Below are positions 17,112 through 25,900 of a DNA stretch of 64,000 nt, piece after piece. Both the position numbers and the translations under genes were made by a program. This DNA is from Dehalococcoidia bacterium (lineage in GTDB: Bacteria; Chloroflexota; Dehalococcoidia; DSTF01; RBG-16-68-14): the NCBI GenBank assembly GCA_040902195.1, contig JBBDXS010000014.1, positions 143,725-207,724 on the forward strand. Reading direction: 5' to 3'. A model generated the notes under the pieces. The model was not told where the DNA came from. It did not search any database and saw only the letters and a list, made by a program, of their open reading frames with translations. Within the stretch, counting starts at the first letter, position 1, and every line of letters begins with the position of its first letter.

Positions 17112-17654
17112 ATGCGCATAGAAACGGAACGCCTCGTCCTGCGCGACTTCGTTGTCGGCGACTGGACGGAGGTCTTCGCGTATCAGCGCGACCCACGTTA
17201 TCTTCAGTACTACCCGTGGACGGACCGCAGCGAGGACGAGGTGCAGTCGTTCGTTCAGATGCTCCTCGACTACCAGCACGTGGAGCCGCGGCGTAAGTTC
17301 CAGCTCGCGATCACGCTGCCGGACAGCGGCAAGCTGATCGGCAACTGCGGCCTGCGGCGCAAGGACAACAACGAAACGGAGGCGGACATCGGTTACGAGC
17401 TGTCGCCGGACTACTGGGGCAACGGCTACGCGACCGAGGGCGCTCGCACCATGGTCGACTTCGGCTTCCGCGACTTCGGTCTGCATCGCATATCGTCGTG
17501 GTGCAACGCCGACAACGTCCGCTCAGCGCGCGTGCTCGAGCGGGTCGGCTTGCGACAGGAAGGCCGGCAGCGCGAGACGGATTTCTTCAAGGGGCGCTGG
17601 TGGGACACGCTCCTCTACGCCATCCTCAGGGACGAGTGGCAAGCCAATCGATGA
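17112..17654 (+). CDS. GNAT N-acetyltransferase (RimJ/RimL-like)
   Basis: MRIETERLVLRDFVVGDW... and the IGYELSPDYWGNGYATEGARTMVDFGF acetyl-CoA-binding region. 180 aa. Confidence 0.8.
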   Translation: MRIETERLVLRDFVVGDWTEVFAYQRDPRYLQYYPWTDRSEDEVQSFVQMLLDYQHVEPRRKFQLAITLPDSGKLIGNCGLRRKDNNETEADIGYELSPDYWGNGYATEGARTMVDFGFRDFGLHRISSWCNADNVRSARVLERVGLRQEGRQRETDFFKGRWWDTLLYAILRDEWQANR

Positions 17655-17926
17655 ACAAACGCCTCCATGCCATCGTGCGCGGGCGGGTGCAGATGGTGGG
17701 GTTCCGGCAGTTCGTGATCGACCGGGCGCAACGGCTCGCGCTGACGGGCTGGGTGCGCAACGACGAAGCAGGCGACGGTGTCGAGGTGGTAGCAGAGGGG
17801 CCGGAGGAGCGCCTGCGCGAGCTGGAGGCGTCGTTGCGCGAAGGGCCGCGTCACGCTCACGTCGACGGCGTCGAGACTACGTGGGCGGACGAGCTGGACG
17901 GCTACGATAGATTCGAAGCGCGGTGA
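17651..17926 (+). CDS. acyP: Acylphosphatase
   Basis: Track ORF trimmed to ATG 17651 (ATGA overlap with the GNAT stop). LHAIVRGRVQMVGFRQFVIDRAQRLALTGWVRNDEAGDGVEVVAEG is the acylphosphatase signature. 91 aa. Confidence 0.9.
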   Translation: MNKRLHAIVRGRVQMVGFRQFVIDRAQRLALTGWVRNDEAGDGVEVVAEGPEERLRELEASLREGPRHAHVDGVETTWADELDGYDRFEAR

Positions 17927-17948
17927 CTATATCGATGGGCGCGCGGAC

Positions 17949-18164
17949 ATGTACGGCGGCGACATCCTTGACGACTACCAATCGATCACGGGCGCGATGG
18001 AGGAGTGGCAGGAGCAAGTCGAGTCGTCCGGCGCCGACACGGTGCTGATCCAGGCCAACACGACGCTCGCGCGGGCGCTGCGTGACGCCGGCGGCTGGAC
18101 GCTCGCGTTCGAGGACGACGTGGCGGTTGTGTTCTTCCGGAACGCTACGACGCCGTCGCCGTAA
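17949..18164 (+). CDS. 71-aa hypothetical protein; possible remnant of the C-terminus of a larger membrane protein
   Basis: High-GC3 ORF MYGGDILDDYQSITGAMEEWQEQVESSGADTVLIQANTTLARALRDAGGWTLAFEDDVAVVFFRN... It has no N-terminal domain and overlaps the hisS 3' end by 20 nt. Confidence 0.35.
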   Translation: MYGGDILDDYQSITGAMEEWQEQVESSGADTVLIQANTTLARALRDAGGWTLAFEDDVAVVFFRNATTPSP

Positions 18165-19407
18165 CCACCTCTCCCTCCGCCACGGAGCGCTGCTCACCGC
18201 TGCTCAGGTCACGCAGCGTCACTTCGCCCTTCGACAGCTCTTGCTCCCCGAGGATCGCCACGTAGCGCGCGCCGAGCGCATCCGCGTGGCGGAGCTGCGA
18301 CTTCAGGCTGCGCCCTCCTGCGCCGGCGACGGCGCTCACGCCCCCTTCGCGCAGGCGATGCGCGAGGCGCAGCGCCGCCTCCTGCGCGACGTCCGACGTA
18401 TGCGCGACGTAGACGCGCGGGCCATCGATGGGCGGGACGGCGACGTTCTGGCGCTTGAGGTTGATGATGATGCGCTCGATGCCGCTGCCGAAGCCGATGC
18501 CGGGCGTCGGCTTGCCGCCAAGCAGCTCGATCAATCCGTCGTAACGCCCGCCTGCGCCGACGGTCGACTGGGAGCCCTCTTCCGGCGGCATGAACTCGAA
18601 CACCGTACGTGTGTAGTAATCGAGTCCGCGCACCAGACGCGGGTCCAGCTCGTAGGCGATCCCGAGGGCGTCGAGGTAGGAGCGCAGCTTCGCGAAGTGC
18701 TCCGCGCACGGCTCGCAGAGGAGCTCGGCGATCGTGGGCGCGTTGGCGATGATCGGCTGGCACGGCGGCGACTTACAATCGAGCAGGCGCAGAGGGTTCT
18801 TCTGGTAGCGCATACGGCAGTCGGCGCAGACAGTCGCGAGGTGCGGCTCGTAGTAGGCGCGAAGCGCCGCGACGTACGCCGGGCGGCACTGCGCGTCGCC
18901 GATGCTGTTGAGGTGGAGTGTGAGGCCCGAGAGCCCGAGCGTGACGTAGAACGTCGAGAGCAGATCGATGACCTCCGCGTCGATGCCGGCGTCGGCTTCG
19001 CCGATCGCCTCCACGCCGAACTCGTTGTGCTGGCGATAGCGCCCCGCCTGAGGCCGGTCGTAGCGGAACTTCTGCGCGAAGTAGAAGAGCCGCACCGGCT
19101 GCGAGAGCGTCGCCATGCCGTGCTGGATGTAGGCGCGGCAGACGGAGGCTGTGGTCTCGGGCCGGAGCGCAAGCTTATCGCCGCCGCGGTCTTCGAAGAC
19201 GTACATCTCCTTCTCGACGATCTCGGTGCCCTCCCCCGTGCGGGTCCAGATCCCGGCGTCCTCGAACATCGGCGTCTCAATGCGCCGGTAGCCGAACAGC
19301 CCGGCGACGCGCCGTCCCGTATCGCGCACGAACGTCCAGTACGGCTCGTCCTCGGGAAGGACGTCGGACGTGCCGCGCGGGGCCTGGAACTTAGGGCGAT
19401 CGCTCAT
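18145..19407 (-). CDS. hisS: Histidine--tRNA ligase
   Basis: MSDRPKFQAPRGTSDVLPEDEPYW..., class II motifs (FRYDRPQAGRYRQHNEFGVE, GAGGRYDGL), and an anticodon-binding C-terminus. 420 aa. Confidence 0.95.
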   Translation of the reverse strand: MSDRPKFQAPRGTSDVLPEDEPYWTFVRDTGRRVAGLFGYRRIETPMFEDAGIWTRTGEGTEIVEKEMYVFEDRGGDKLALRPETTASVCRAYIQHGMATLSQPVRLFYFAQKFRYDRPQAGRYRQHNEFGVEAIGEADAGIDAEVIDLLSTFYVTLGLSGLTLHLNSIGDAQCRPAYVAALRAYYEPHLATVCADCRMRYQKNPLRLLDCKSPPCQPIIANAPTIAELLCEPCAEHFAKLRSYLDALGIAYELDPRLVRGLDYYTRTVFEFMPPEEGSQSTVGAGGRYDGLIELLGGKPTPGIGFGSGIERIIINLKRQNVAVPPIDGPRVYVAHTSDVAQEAALRLAHRLREGGVSAVAGAGGRSLKSQLRHADALGARYVAILGEQELSKGEVTLRDLSSGEQRSVAEGEVVTATAS

Positions 19408-19430
19408 CGTGAGGGCAGCATAACTTATCG

Positions 19431-19451
19431 GGGTCTAGGGTCTAGGGTTCG
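19431..19451. repeat. Tandem heptanucleotide repeat (GGGTCTA GGGTCTA GGGTTCG)
   Basis: Read directly in the hisS/relA divergent spacer. 7-nt periodicity, followed by a degenerate GGGGATT. Confidence 0.6.
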
Positions 19452-19514
19452 GGGGATTTAGAGACAGCGCCGGCCGATAACCAAAGCAGAGGGCTATGCT
19501 AGAGTGAAGCTGAG

Positions 19515-21722
19515 ATGGTGACAATCAAAACCCAGCAGGGTGTTCAGCTGGACCAGCTCGTCGAGAAGGCGCGCAGCTACCTTCCTGAGAAGCGCATCGC
19601 CCTTATCGAGGAGGCCTACCGCTTCGCCGAGACGTGCCATTCGGGGCAGCTTCGCAAGTCCGGCGAGCCGTACATCGTCCACCCGCTCGACGCGGCCTGG
19701 ACGATCGCCGACCTGCAGCTCGACGCGACGGCGATCGCCGCGGCGCTCCTGCACGACGTGCAGGAGGACTGCGGCATCGAGAATGCTGAGATAAAGAAGC
19801 GCTTCGGTGCCGAGGTAGCGAAGCTCGTCGACGGCGCGACGAAGCTGGAGCGCATCGGGCGACACACGCCGGACGCCGAGAACGTCGATTCCGCGATCCA
19901 GGCCGAGAACCTGCGCAAGATGTTCCTCGCGATGGCGGAGGACGTGCGCGTGGTCATCGTCAAGCTAGCGGACCGGCTGCACAACATGCGGACGCTGGAG
20001 TACGTCGGGCCGGAGAAGCAGCAGCGCATCGCGCAGGAGACGATGGAGATCTACGCGCCGCTGGCGAGCCGGCTGGGCATCTGGCAGATCAAGTGGGAGC
20101 TCGAAGACCTGGCGTTCATGTACCTCCAGCCGGAACGCTACAAGGAAGTCGATCGTCTCGTTGCGGCGAAACAGCCCTCACGCGACAAGTACATCGCGCA
20201 GGCGCAGAAGGTGCTGTCGGAAGAGTTGCAGAAGCAAGGCATTGAGGCGACGATCCAGGGCCGCGAGAAGCACCTCTACAGCGTGCATGAAAAGATGCGA
20301 AAATACGCCGCGCAGGGCAAAACGTTCAACGAGATCTACGACCTGCTCGCGCTGCGCGTCGTGGTCGAGAGCGTATCGGACTGCTACGCGGCGCTCGGTG
20401 TCGTGCATGGCCTGTGGCGTCCGATCCCGGGCGAGTTCGACGACTACATCGCGAGCCCGAAGGAAGGCGTATACCAGTCCCTCCACACGACCGTGATGTG
20501 CCTCGACGCGAAGACGCTCGAGGTGCAGATCCGCACGCACGAGATGCACCGGCTCGCCGAGTACGGCGTCGCAGCGCACTGGCGCTACAAGGAAGGCCGT
20601 CGCGACGGCAAGGACGTGCGCTACGAGGAGCGGCTCGCCTGGCTGCGCCAGCTTCTCGAATGGCAGCGCGAGGTGGCGCTGGCGGAGGAGTTCGTCGAGA
20701 CGATCAAGACGGACGTCTTCCAGGACCAGGTCTTCATCTACACGCCGAAGGGCGAGATCAAGGACCTGCCGAAGGGCTCCACGGCGATCGATTTCGCGTT
20801 CCGCATTCACACCGACCTCGGCTACCACTGCATCGGCGCGAAGGTAAACGGCAAGCTCGTTGCGCTGAACCAGCCGCTCGAGAACGGCGACGTGGTTGAG
20901 ATCCTATCGGGGCGTTCGTCACGCGGCCCGTCGCGCGACTGGCTGAACCGCAATCTCGCGTATGTGCAGACGAACCACGCGCGCGAGAAGATCCGCCAGT
21001 GGTTTCGCAAACAGCAGCGCGCGGAGAACATCGAGAAGGGCCGCGAGCAGCTCGAGAAAGAGCTGCGCCGCCTCGGCGTGACGCTTGCGGAGTGCAAGGA
21101 CGAGCTGCTGCGCAAGTTCCCATACGAGACCATGGACGACTTCTACGCGGCGCTCGGCTTCGGTGGCGTGAGCCTGCACCAGGTCGCGACCCGCGTCGAG
21201 CGCTTCCTCCGGCCGGAGGAGCCGGTTGCCCTCCCAGCGGAAGCGCCGCAGCGCCCCGCGCCCACGACGGGCATCCAGGTGCTGGGCACGGGCGATCTGC
21301 TCACACAGCTCGGGCGCTGTTGCAACCCGGTGCCCGGCGACCAGATCATCGGTTACGTGACACGCAGCCGGGGCGTCACCGTACACCGGCGCGACTGTTT
21401 CAACGTGATCCACGAGGACGAGCAGCAGCGCCTAGTCGATGTGGAGTGGGGACGAACAGGCCAGCTATACCCTGTGGCTGTTGAGCTTGAGGCCTTCGAC
21501 CACGTGGGGCTGCTGCGAGACATCAGCACGATCGTGGCGGAAGAAAAGGTGAACATGGTGGCCGTGCGCACCAATGAGCGTGACGACCGCACGGTTGGGA
21601 TTTCGCTCACGCTGGAGACGGAGGGCATCGATCAGCTGAGCCGTCTTCTGAACAAGCTCGAGACCGTTCGCGGTGTGACGAGCGTAGTACGGTCCATCCA
21701 ACGCTCGCAGCGCGCGAGCTAG
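19515..21722 (+). CDS. relA: Bifunctional (p)ppGpp synthetase/hydrolase (RelA/SpoT homolog)
   Basis: 735 aa. HD hydrolase (HSGQLRKSGEPYIVHPLDAA, LLHDVQED), synthetase (YIASPKEGVYQSLHTTV), and TGS and ACT C-terminal domains. Confidence 0.95.
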   Translation: MVTIKTQQGVQLDQLVEKARSYLPEKRIALIEEAYRFAETCHSGQLRKSGEPYIVHPLDAAWTIADLQLDATAIAAALLHDVQEDCGIENAEIKKRFGAEVAKLVDGATKLERIGRHTPDAENVDSAIQAENLRKMFLAMAEDVRVVIVKLADRLHNMRTLEYVGPEKQQRIAQETMEIYAPLASRLGIWQIKWELEDLAFMYLQPERYKEVDRLVAAKQPSRDKYIAQAQKVLSEELQKQGIEATIQGREKHLYSVHEKMRKYAAQGKTFNEIYDLLALRVVVESVSDCYAALGVVHGLWRPIPGEFDDYIASPKEGVYQSLHTTVMCLDAKTLEVQIRTHEMHRLAEYGVAAHWRYKEGRRDGKDVRYEERLAWLRQLLEWQREVALAEEFVETIKTDVFQDQVFIYTPKGEIKDLPKGSTAIDFAFRIHTDLGYHCIGAKVNGKLVALNQPLENGDVVEILSGRSSRGPSRDWLNRNLAYVQTNHAREKIRQWFRKQQRAENIEKGREQLEKELRRLGVTLAECKDELLRKFPYETMDDFYAALGFGGVSLHQVATRVERFLRPEEPVALPAEAPQRPAPTTGIQVLGTGDLLTQLGRCCNPVPGDQIIGYVTRSRGVTVHRRDCFNVIHEDEQQRLVDVEWGRTGQLYPVAVELEAFDHVGLLRDISTIVAEEKVNMVAVRTNERDDRTVGISLTLETEGIDQLSRLLNKLETVRGVTSVVRSIQRSQRAS

Positions 21723-21758
21723 CCGCTAGCGGCCGGCCTTCAGGTTTCAGCACGCGGT

Positions 21759-21786
21759 GTAGGGGCGTTCAATTGATCGCCCCTAC
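21759..21786. terminator. GC-rich hairpin between convergent relA and the small-ORF/HD-GYP genes (possible bidirectional terminator)
   Basis: GTAGGGGCG-TTCAATTGAT-CGCCCCTAC, a perfect 9-bp stem 37 nt after the relA stop. No U-tract. Confidence 0.45.
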
Positions 21787-21789
21787 GTT

Positions 21790-21966
21790 CTACTGTCGTG
21801 CGCGGGGGCCAGGCTGCGCACGGGGTTCGCGGTCCTCGCCACGCTGTAGGGATGAGACCACGTACGCGAGGATGAAGACGAAGGCTGCGAGGCCGGCGAG
21901 CACGGCCAGCGCGGAGAAGCCGGCGACGGCGCCGGCGTGCAGGAGAACGAGGGACAGCGGAGACAT
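21790..21966 (-). CDS. 58-aa small membrane protein, hypothetical
   Basis: Below the track cut-off. Manual translation MSPLSLVLLHAGAVAGFSALAVLAGLAAFVFILAYVVSSLQRGEDREPRAQPGPRARQ. The ATG is 6 nt after the HD-GYP stop. Confidence 0.3.
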   Translation of the reverse strand: MSPLSLVLLHAGAVAGFSALAVLAGLAAFVFILAYVVSSLQRGEDREPRAQPGPRARQ

Positions 21967-21972
21967 CGTGGG

Positions 21973-23415
21973 CTACGCGGCGACCTTCTCGTGGACGGCG
22001 CGCGTGCCCAGGCTTGCGAACTCCGCGGAGAAGGCGTCGACGCAGCGCGCGTCGAGATGCACGCCGCGCAGGCGGAAGAGCTCGGCCATCGCCTCGACGT
22101 GCGTGACCGGCTCGCGATAGGGCCGCGCGGAGGTCATGGCGTCATACGTGTCCGCGACGGCGATGATGCGCGAGAGCATCGGTACCTCTTCGCCGCGCAG
22201 GCCGTCCGGGTAGCCGCTGCCATCGAGGCGCTCGTGGTGCGTCTTTATGATCTCGGCGATGCCGCGAAGGGCCGGAACGCGCAAAGCGATCTCGTAGCCG
22301 TTATGCGTGTGCGTCTTCACGACGGCGAACTCGTCTTCGGTGAGCGAACCGCGCTTGGCGAGGATCGAATCCGGCACGCTGATCTTGCCCACATCGTGCA
22401 TCTCGGCGGCAAGGACGAGGTTGCGCAGGTCGGCCTGCGAGAGACCGAGCCGCTTGCCGATGGCGAGCGCGTAGCCGGAGACACGGCGAACATGACCGAA
22501 CGTATTCGCGTCCTTCGCCTCGACGGCGTCGACGAGCGCCAGGATCGGCGCCTCGAGGCCGCGGTTGAGCTGCGCGAGCGCATCGCGCATGGAGAGCGCG
22601 TCCGCGATGGCGCGCAGCGTGCCGGCGCGCTTCGCCTCGACAGCCCAGCCGGCGAACAGGACCAGGAACGCAACGCCGTACAGGCCGTGGTAAAGCCACC
22701 AGGACAGGTGCCAGAGCTGCCCCCAGAGAATGATCGTCTGTACCTCCATGAGCAGCACGATCGTCGCGACCATGGCGAGCTGCGCGGGCAGGCGCGCGAA
22801 CTGGTACGCCTGGTAGTAGCGCCACGCTGCGAAGCCGCTCAACGCGAGCGCCGGGAACCCCATCGAAAACTGGAGCCTGCGGTCCTGGATCGGAATCCAG
22901 TCGAGCCATGTATTGGCGACGAGGCTCAGCGTGATGTACGTGAACACCGCGGCAGCCGTCGCGACGAAGAAGATGGCGCCATTGTGCTCGATCTTTTCCT
23001 CGACGGACTTCGGCAGGCCAACGACGCTCATCGCGACGAGCGCGGAGCCGAGGGCGGCGCTGAGCCAGGACGACAAGCCGACCGTGGTGTAGTAGCGGTC
23101 GGCGATGAAGCCCGGCGTGGCCAGCCCGTGCACGGCGAAGACCCCCGCGATCACGAAGAAGGCGAGGCCGAGGAAGACCAGTCTTGTGTTGAGCAGCGTC
23201 TGCGCCGACGCGATGATCACGGCGCAGGCGGTGGCGGCGAGGAGGGCCGTAAAGCCGACGACGTAGAAGTGAAACGAGAACGCCATCAGCGTCGGGTCGA
23301 GAGACGAGTTGAGGCGGACGACCGCGAAGATTACCATCGGCGCCGCGAGCGCGGTTACGCCTGCGGCACGAACAAGCGCCGGCTTCGATGCAGCCTTCAT
23401 GGGCAGCCCCCTCAT
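21973..23415 (-). CDS. Membrane-bound HD-GYP domain phosphodiesterase (c-di-GMP signalling type)
   Basis: ~8 TM helices, then HD-GYP: AAEMHDVGKISVPDSIL..., IIKTHHERLDGSGYPDGL, VADTYDAMTSARPYR. Confidence 0.85.
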   Translation of the reverse strand: MRGLPMKAASKPALVRAAGVTALAAPMVIFAVVRLNSSLDPTLMAFSFHFYVVGFTALLAATACAVIIASAQTLLNTRLVFLGLAFFVIAGVFAVHGLATPGFIADRYYTTVGLSSWLSAALGSALVAMSVVGLPKSVEEKIEHNGAIFFVATAAAVFTYITLSLVANTWLDWIPIQDRRLQFSMGFPALALSGFAAWRYYQAYQFARLPAQLAMVATIVLLMEVQTIILWGQLWHLSWWLYHGLYGVAFLVLFAGWAVEAKRAGTLRAIADALSMRDALAQLNRGLEAPILALVDAVEAKDANTFGHVRRVSGYALAIGKRLGLSQADLRNLVLAAEMHDVGKISVPDSILAKRGSLTEDEFAVVKTHTHNGYEIALRVPALRGIAEIIKTHHERLDGSGYPDGLRGEEVPMLSRIIAVADTYDAMTSARPYREPVTHVEAMAELFRLRGVHLDARCVDAFSAEFASLGTRAVHEKVAA

Positions 23416-23466
23416 TGGTCTAAATTAGTTATCGGTAGGTGCGGGAGCGGCCTTACGCCTAACGGG

Positions 23467-23706
23467 TTACGGCCGAGTGGCCTCTAGGCAGGCGACGCCC
23501 TGGAGGCCAACAACGGCGGAATGGGGCGCTTGGGGCGGGATATCGAGCCTATCGCCGGCTGAGAGCTCGAATACCGCTCCCTGGGACTCGAACCGAATCG
23601 ATCCTCTCGTACAGTAGAGGACCTTGTGGTAGGCATGCGAGTGGGCGCTATAGCTGTCGCCGGGGCCGTTCGACCAGGCCTGGGGACGAAGGCCTTCGTC
23701 CACCAT
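23467..23706 (-). CDS. Cupin-domain protein (start uncertain, probably further upstream)
   Basis: WSNGPGDSYSAHSHAYHKVLYCTRGSIRFE...GDRLDIPPQAPH cupin motifs. The upstream in-frame sequence TLTPWPGEEPPSEAAIARL looks coding but has no ATG/GTG/TTG before the stop at 23809. Confidence 0.65.
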   Translation of the reverse strand: MVDEGLRPQAWSNGPGDSYSAHSHAYHKVLYCTRGSIRFESQGAVFELSAGDRLDIPPQAPHSAVVGLQGVACLEATRP

Positions 23707-23756
23707 CAGCCTGGCTATCGCGGCTTCGCTCGGAGGCTCTTCGCCGGGCCAGGGAG

Positions 23757-23918
23757 TCAGCGTTGGGCCGTCCGTAACGACCCCCTCTCGAGCTTGAGGG
23801 CGGCGCCCTCAAGGATGTGGAGGAACTCCGAGAGCGCCTGCTCGCGCGAGTAATGCTCGAGCAAGAACGCGCGCGGCGAGAACCTGTCGGGGTTGTCGAG
23901 GACGTACGCGAGGTTCAC
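23757..23918 (-). CDS. 53-aa hypothetical ORF, GTGA-coupled to the upstream serine hydrolase gene
   Basis: Below the track cut-off. VNLAYVLDNPDRFSPRAFLLEHYSREQALSEFLHILEGAALKLERGSLRTAQR. Very high GC3 up to a GGGGG run at ~23781-23785, then atypical codons. Confidence 0.35.
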   Translation of the reverse strand: MNLAYVLDNPDRFSPRAFLLEHYSREQALSEFLHILEGAALKLERGSLRTAQR

Positions 23919-25111
23919 TTGGGCGGCGCAGCCTCGATTGCGCAGCCGGCGGCAAGGCTGGAGAGCGCCGTGACGCGCCGGCCAAGCGTGATGTAATCGA
24001 CGAAGCCGTTGGTGCAGTAGCCGAGCGAGATGCCCGTGTCGGGGTCACCCCAGGCCGTCTGACCGCCGGCGCCGCCGTGTCCGAAGGCCCGCGGCCCGAG
24101 AACGCGGCCGAACCCGCGCAGGTACGCGCTCTCGCCCGGGCCGGAGACGACCACGCTCAGCGCGCGGTTGACGGGCGTGCCCATGAAGTCGTGATGGCGT
24201 TCATCCGTGCGAACGGCCGTCGCGAACTCGATCGTCTCCGGCTTGATCACGCGCCGACCATCGACCGTCTCGCCGCCGTTCACGAGCACCTGGTAGAACA
24301 ACGCCATTTCGCCGGCCGACGTAATCGCGCCGGCTCCCGGCACGCCGACACGCCACAGTTCCGGCTCGTTGAAGCCGAGCACCGCCTGCGGCGTAACTTC
24401 GCCGTAGCCGCCGGGAGGCTCGACGGGCTCGCTCATGTAACGGATCTTCGCGAAGCGCCCGTCGTGCTCCGCCGGCAGACCGAGGTAGAGCTCGTCGAGG
24501 CCCATCGGGCCGGTGACGCGCGCGCGGATGTAGTCGCGAAAGTCCGTCTTCGTGCGGCGTTCGATGATCTCGGCGAGGACCCAGTGCGCGGACGTCGCGT
24601 GATACTCGTACCGGCTGCCGGGCTCCCAGTTGAGACGCCACATCGCGAACTGGCCGAGACGCGCCGCACGGTCCGCCCACTGCGTGCCGCGGAATGGCGC
24701 GTAGGGAAAGCCCGCGGTGTGTGTCAGCACCTGCTCGACCGTAATGACATCCTTCCCGTTCGTGCCGAACTCCGGGATGATGTCCGCGACGCGCTCTTCG
24801 AGGCGGAGCAGGCCGTCCTCGAAGAGCAGCCAGACGCCAGCCGCGACGACGGCCTTCGTGCTGGAGAAGAAGCAGTAGAGCGTCCCGTCCGTGGCGGGCT
24901 TCTCGACGCCGCCTTGCTCCGCCGACCCGAACGTGCGCATGCCCGCGACCCTGCCCTGCCGCGCGACGGCGACCTGGCAGCCCGGCAGCACGCCGTCGTC
25001 AATGTCGCGTTTGGCGCGCGCGAACACAGCCTCGAGCCGTTCGCTATCGATGCCGGCGTCTTCGGGTCTGGCGGCCAGGTACGCAGACCGGATCACGGCG
25101 CCAGTATACAC
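23915..25111 (-). CDS. Beta-lactamase-family serine hydrolase (class C/esterase-like)
   Basis: Track ORF 23915..25798 trimmed to GTG 25111 (alternative GTG at 25096). SxxK motif FFSSTKAV. The upstream 229 codons are Arg-rich shadow that overlaps nagB. Confidence 0.8.
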   Translation of the reverse strand: MYTGAVIRSAYLAARPEDAGIDSERLEAVFARAKRDIDDGVLPGCQVAVARQGRVAGMRTFGSAEQGGVEKPATDGTLYCFFSSTKAVVAAGVWLLFEDGLLRLEERVADIIPEFGTNGKDVITVEQVLTHTAGFPYAPFRGTQWADRAARLGQFAMWRLNWEPGSRYEYHATSAHWVLAEIIERRTKTDFRDYIRARVTGPMGLDELYLGLPAEHDGRFAKIRYMSEPVEPPGGYGEVTPQAVLGFNEPELWRVGVPGAGAITSAGEMALFYQVLVNGGETVDGRRVIKPETIEFATAVRTDERHHDFMGTPVNRALSVVVSGPGESAYLRGFGRVLGPRAFGHGGAGGQTAWGDPDTGISLGYCTNGFVDYITLGRRVTALSSLAAGCAIEAAPPK

Positions 25112-25132
25112 GGCCTGTGATACCTTGCCGCC

Positions 25133-25900
25133 ATGCGCATCGAGATCGTAGACGTGGAGCAGTTCGCTAGTGCCGCGGCCGGCGTGCTGTGCGAGACGGT
25201 TCGAGCGCGTCCGCAGGCCGTGCTGGGCCTGCCTTCCGGGCACACACCGACGGGCATGTACCGTGAGCTGGGGCGCCGCGTGGCGGCGGGCGAGATCGAC
25301 GTGTCTGGCGCGCGCGGGTTCGCCATCGACGAGCTGTACGGCGTGCCGAACGCGCATCCGGCGACAAACGCAACGTACTTCCGCGAGCGCGTCGACCCGG
25401 CCCTCTCCCTCCATAAGCTCGTCATGGACAGCGCGACGCCGGACTGGGAGGTGGAGTGCGCGCGCTTCGTATCGCAGATCGCCGAGGCGGGCGGGCTTGA
25501 CCTCGCCGTGTTGGGTATCGGGCGGAACGGACATCTCGCGTTCAACGAGCCTGGCTCGGCGTTCGACTCCGTCGCGCGGCGTGTCGCGCTGACGCGCGCG
25601 TCGCGCGAGGCGTACGCGGCGGCGTTCGGTTCGCTGGAGTCGACGCCGGCGTACGGGCTGACGCTGGGCCTGGCCGACTTGATGGCGGCGCGCTCGGTGC
25701 TGTTGCTCGCGGGCGGCGCGTCGAAGGCCGGGCCAGTCGCGCTGGCGCTGGAGGGCCCGGTGACGGAAGACGTGCCGGCGTCGGTCTTGCAGCGACACGC
25801 GGACGTCACCGTGCTGCTCGACCGCGAGGCCGCCGCAAACCTTGTAGGGACAGACCTTCTAGGTCTGTCCGGGCCCTTCGACAAACATCTCTTTCTCTAG
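25133..25900 (+). CDS. nagB: Glucosamine-6-phosphate deaminase
   Basis: LGLPSGHTPTGMY, FAIDELYGV, and the GIGRNGHLAFNEPGS signature. 255 aa. Confidence 0.9.
   Translation: MRIEIVDVEQFASAAAGVLCETVRARPQAVLGLPSGHTPTGMYRELGRRVAAGEIDVSGARGFAIDELYGVPNAHPATNATYFRERVDPALSLHKLVMDSATPDWEVECARFVSQIAEAGGLDLAVLGIGRNGHLAFNEPGSAFDSVARRVALTRASREAYAAAFGSLESTPAYGLTLGLADLMAARSVLLLAGGASKAGPVALALEGPVTEDVPASVLQRHADVTVLLDREAAANLVGTDLLGLSGPFDKHLFL

Noticed and set aside
19431-19451. CRISPR array interpretation of the tandem repeats at 927, 19431, 27104, 44022 and 45544.
   Set aside because: The units are 7 nt and directly abutting, with no spacers. The arrays are about 21-35 nt in total, and no cas genes are present.
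23575-23600. tRNA-like T-arm string (rc CGGTTCGAGTC) and similar GGTTCGA-like strings elsewhere (e.g. 63531).
   Set aside because: They lie inside well-supported coding sequence and lack acceptor, D-arm or anticodon-arm complementarity. I could not fold any cloverleaf anywhere in the window.
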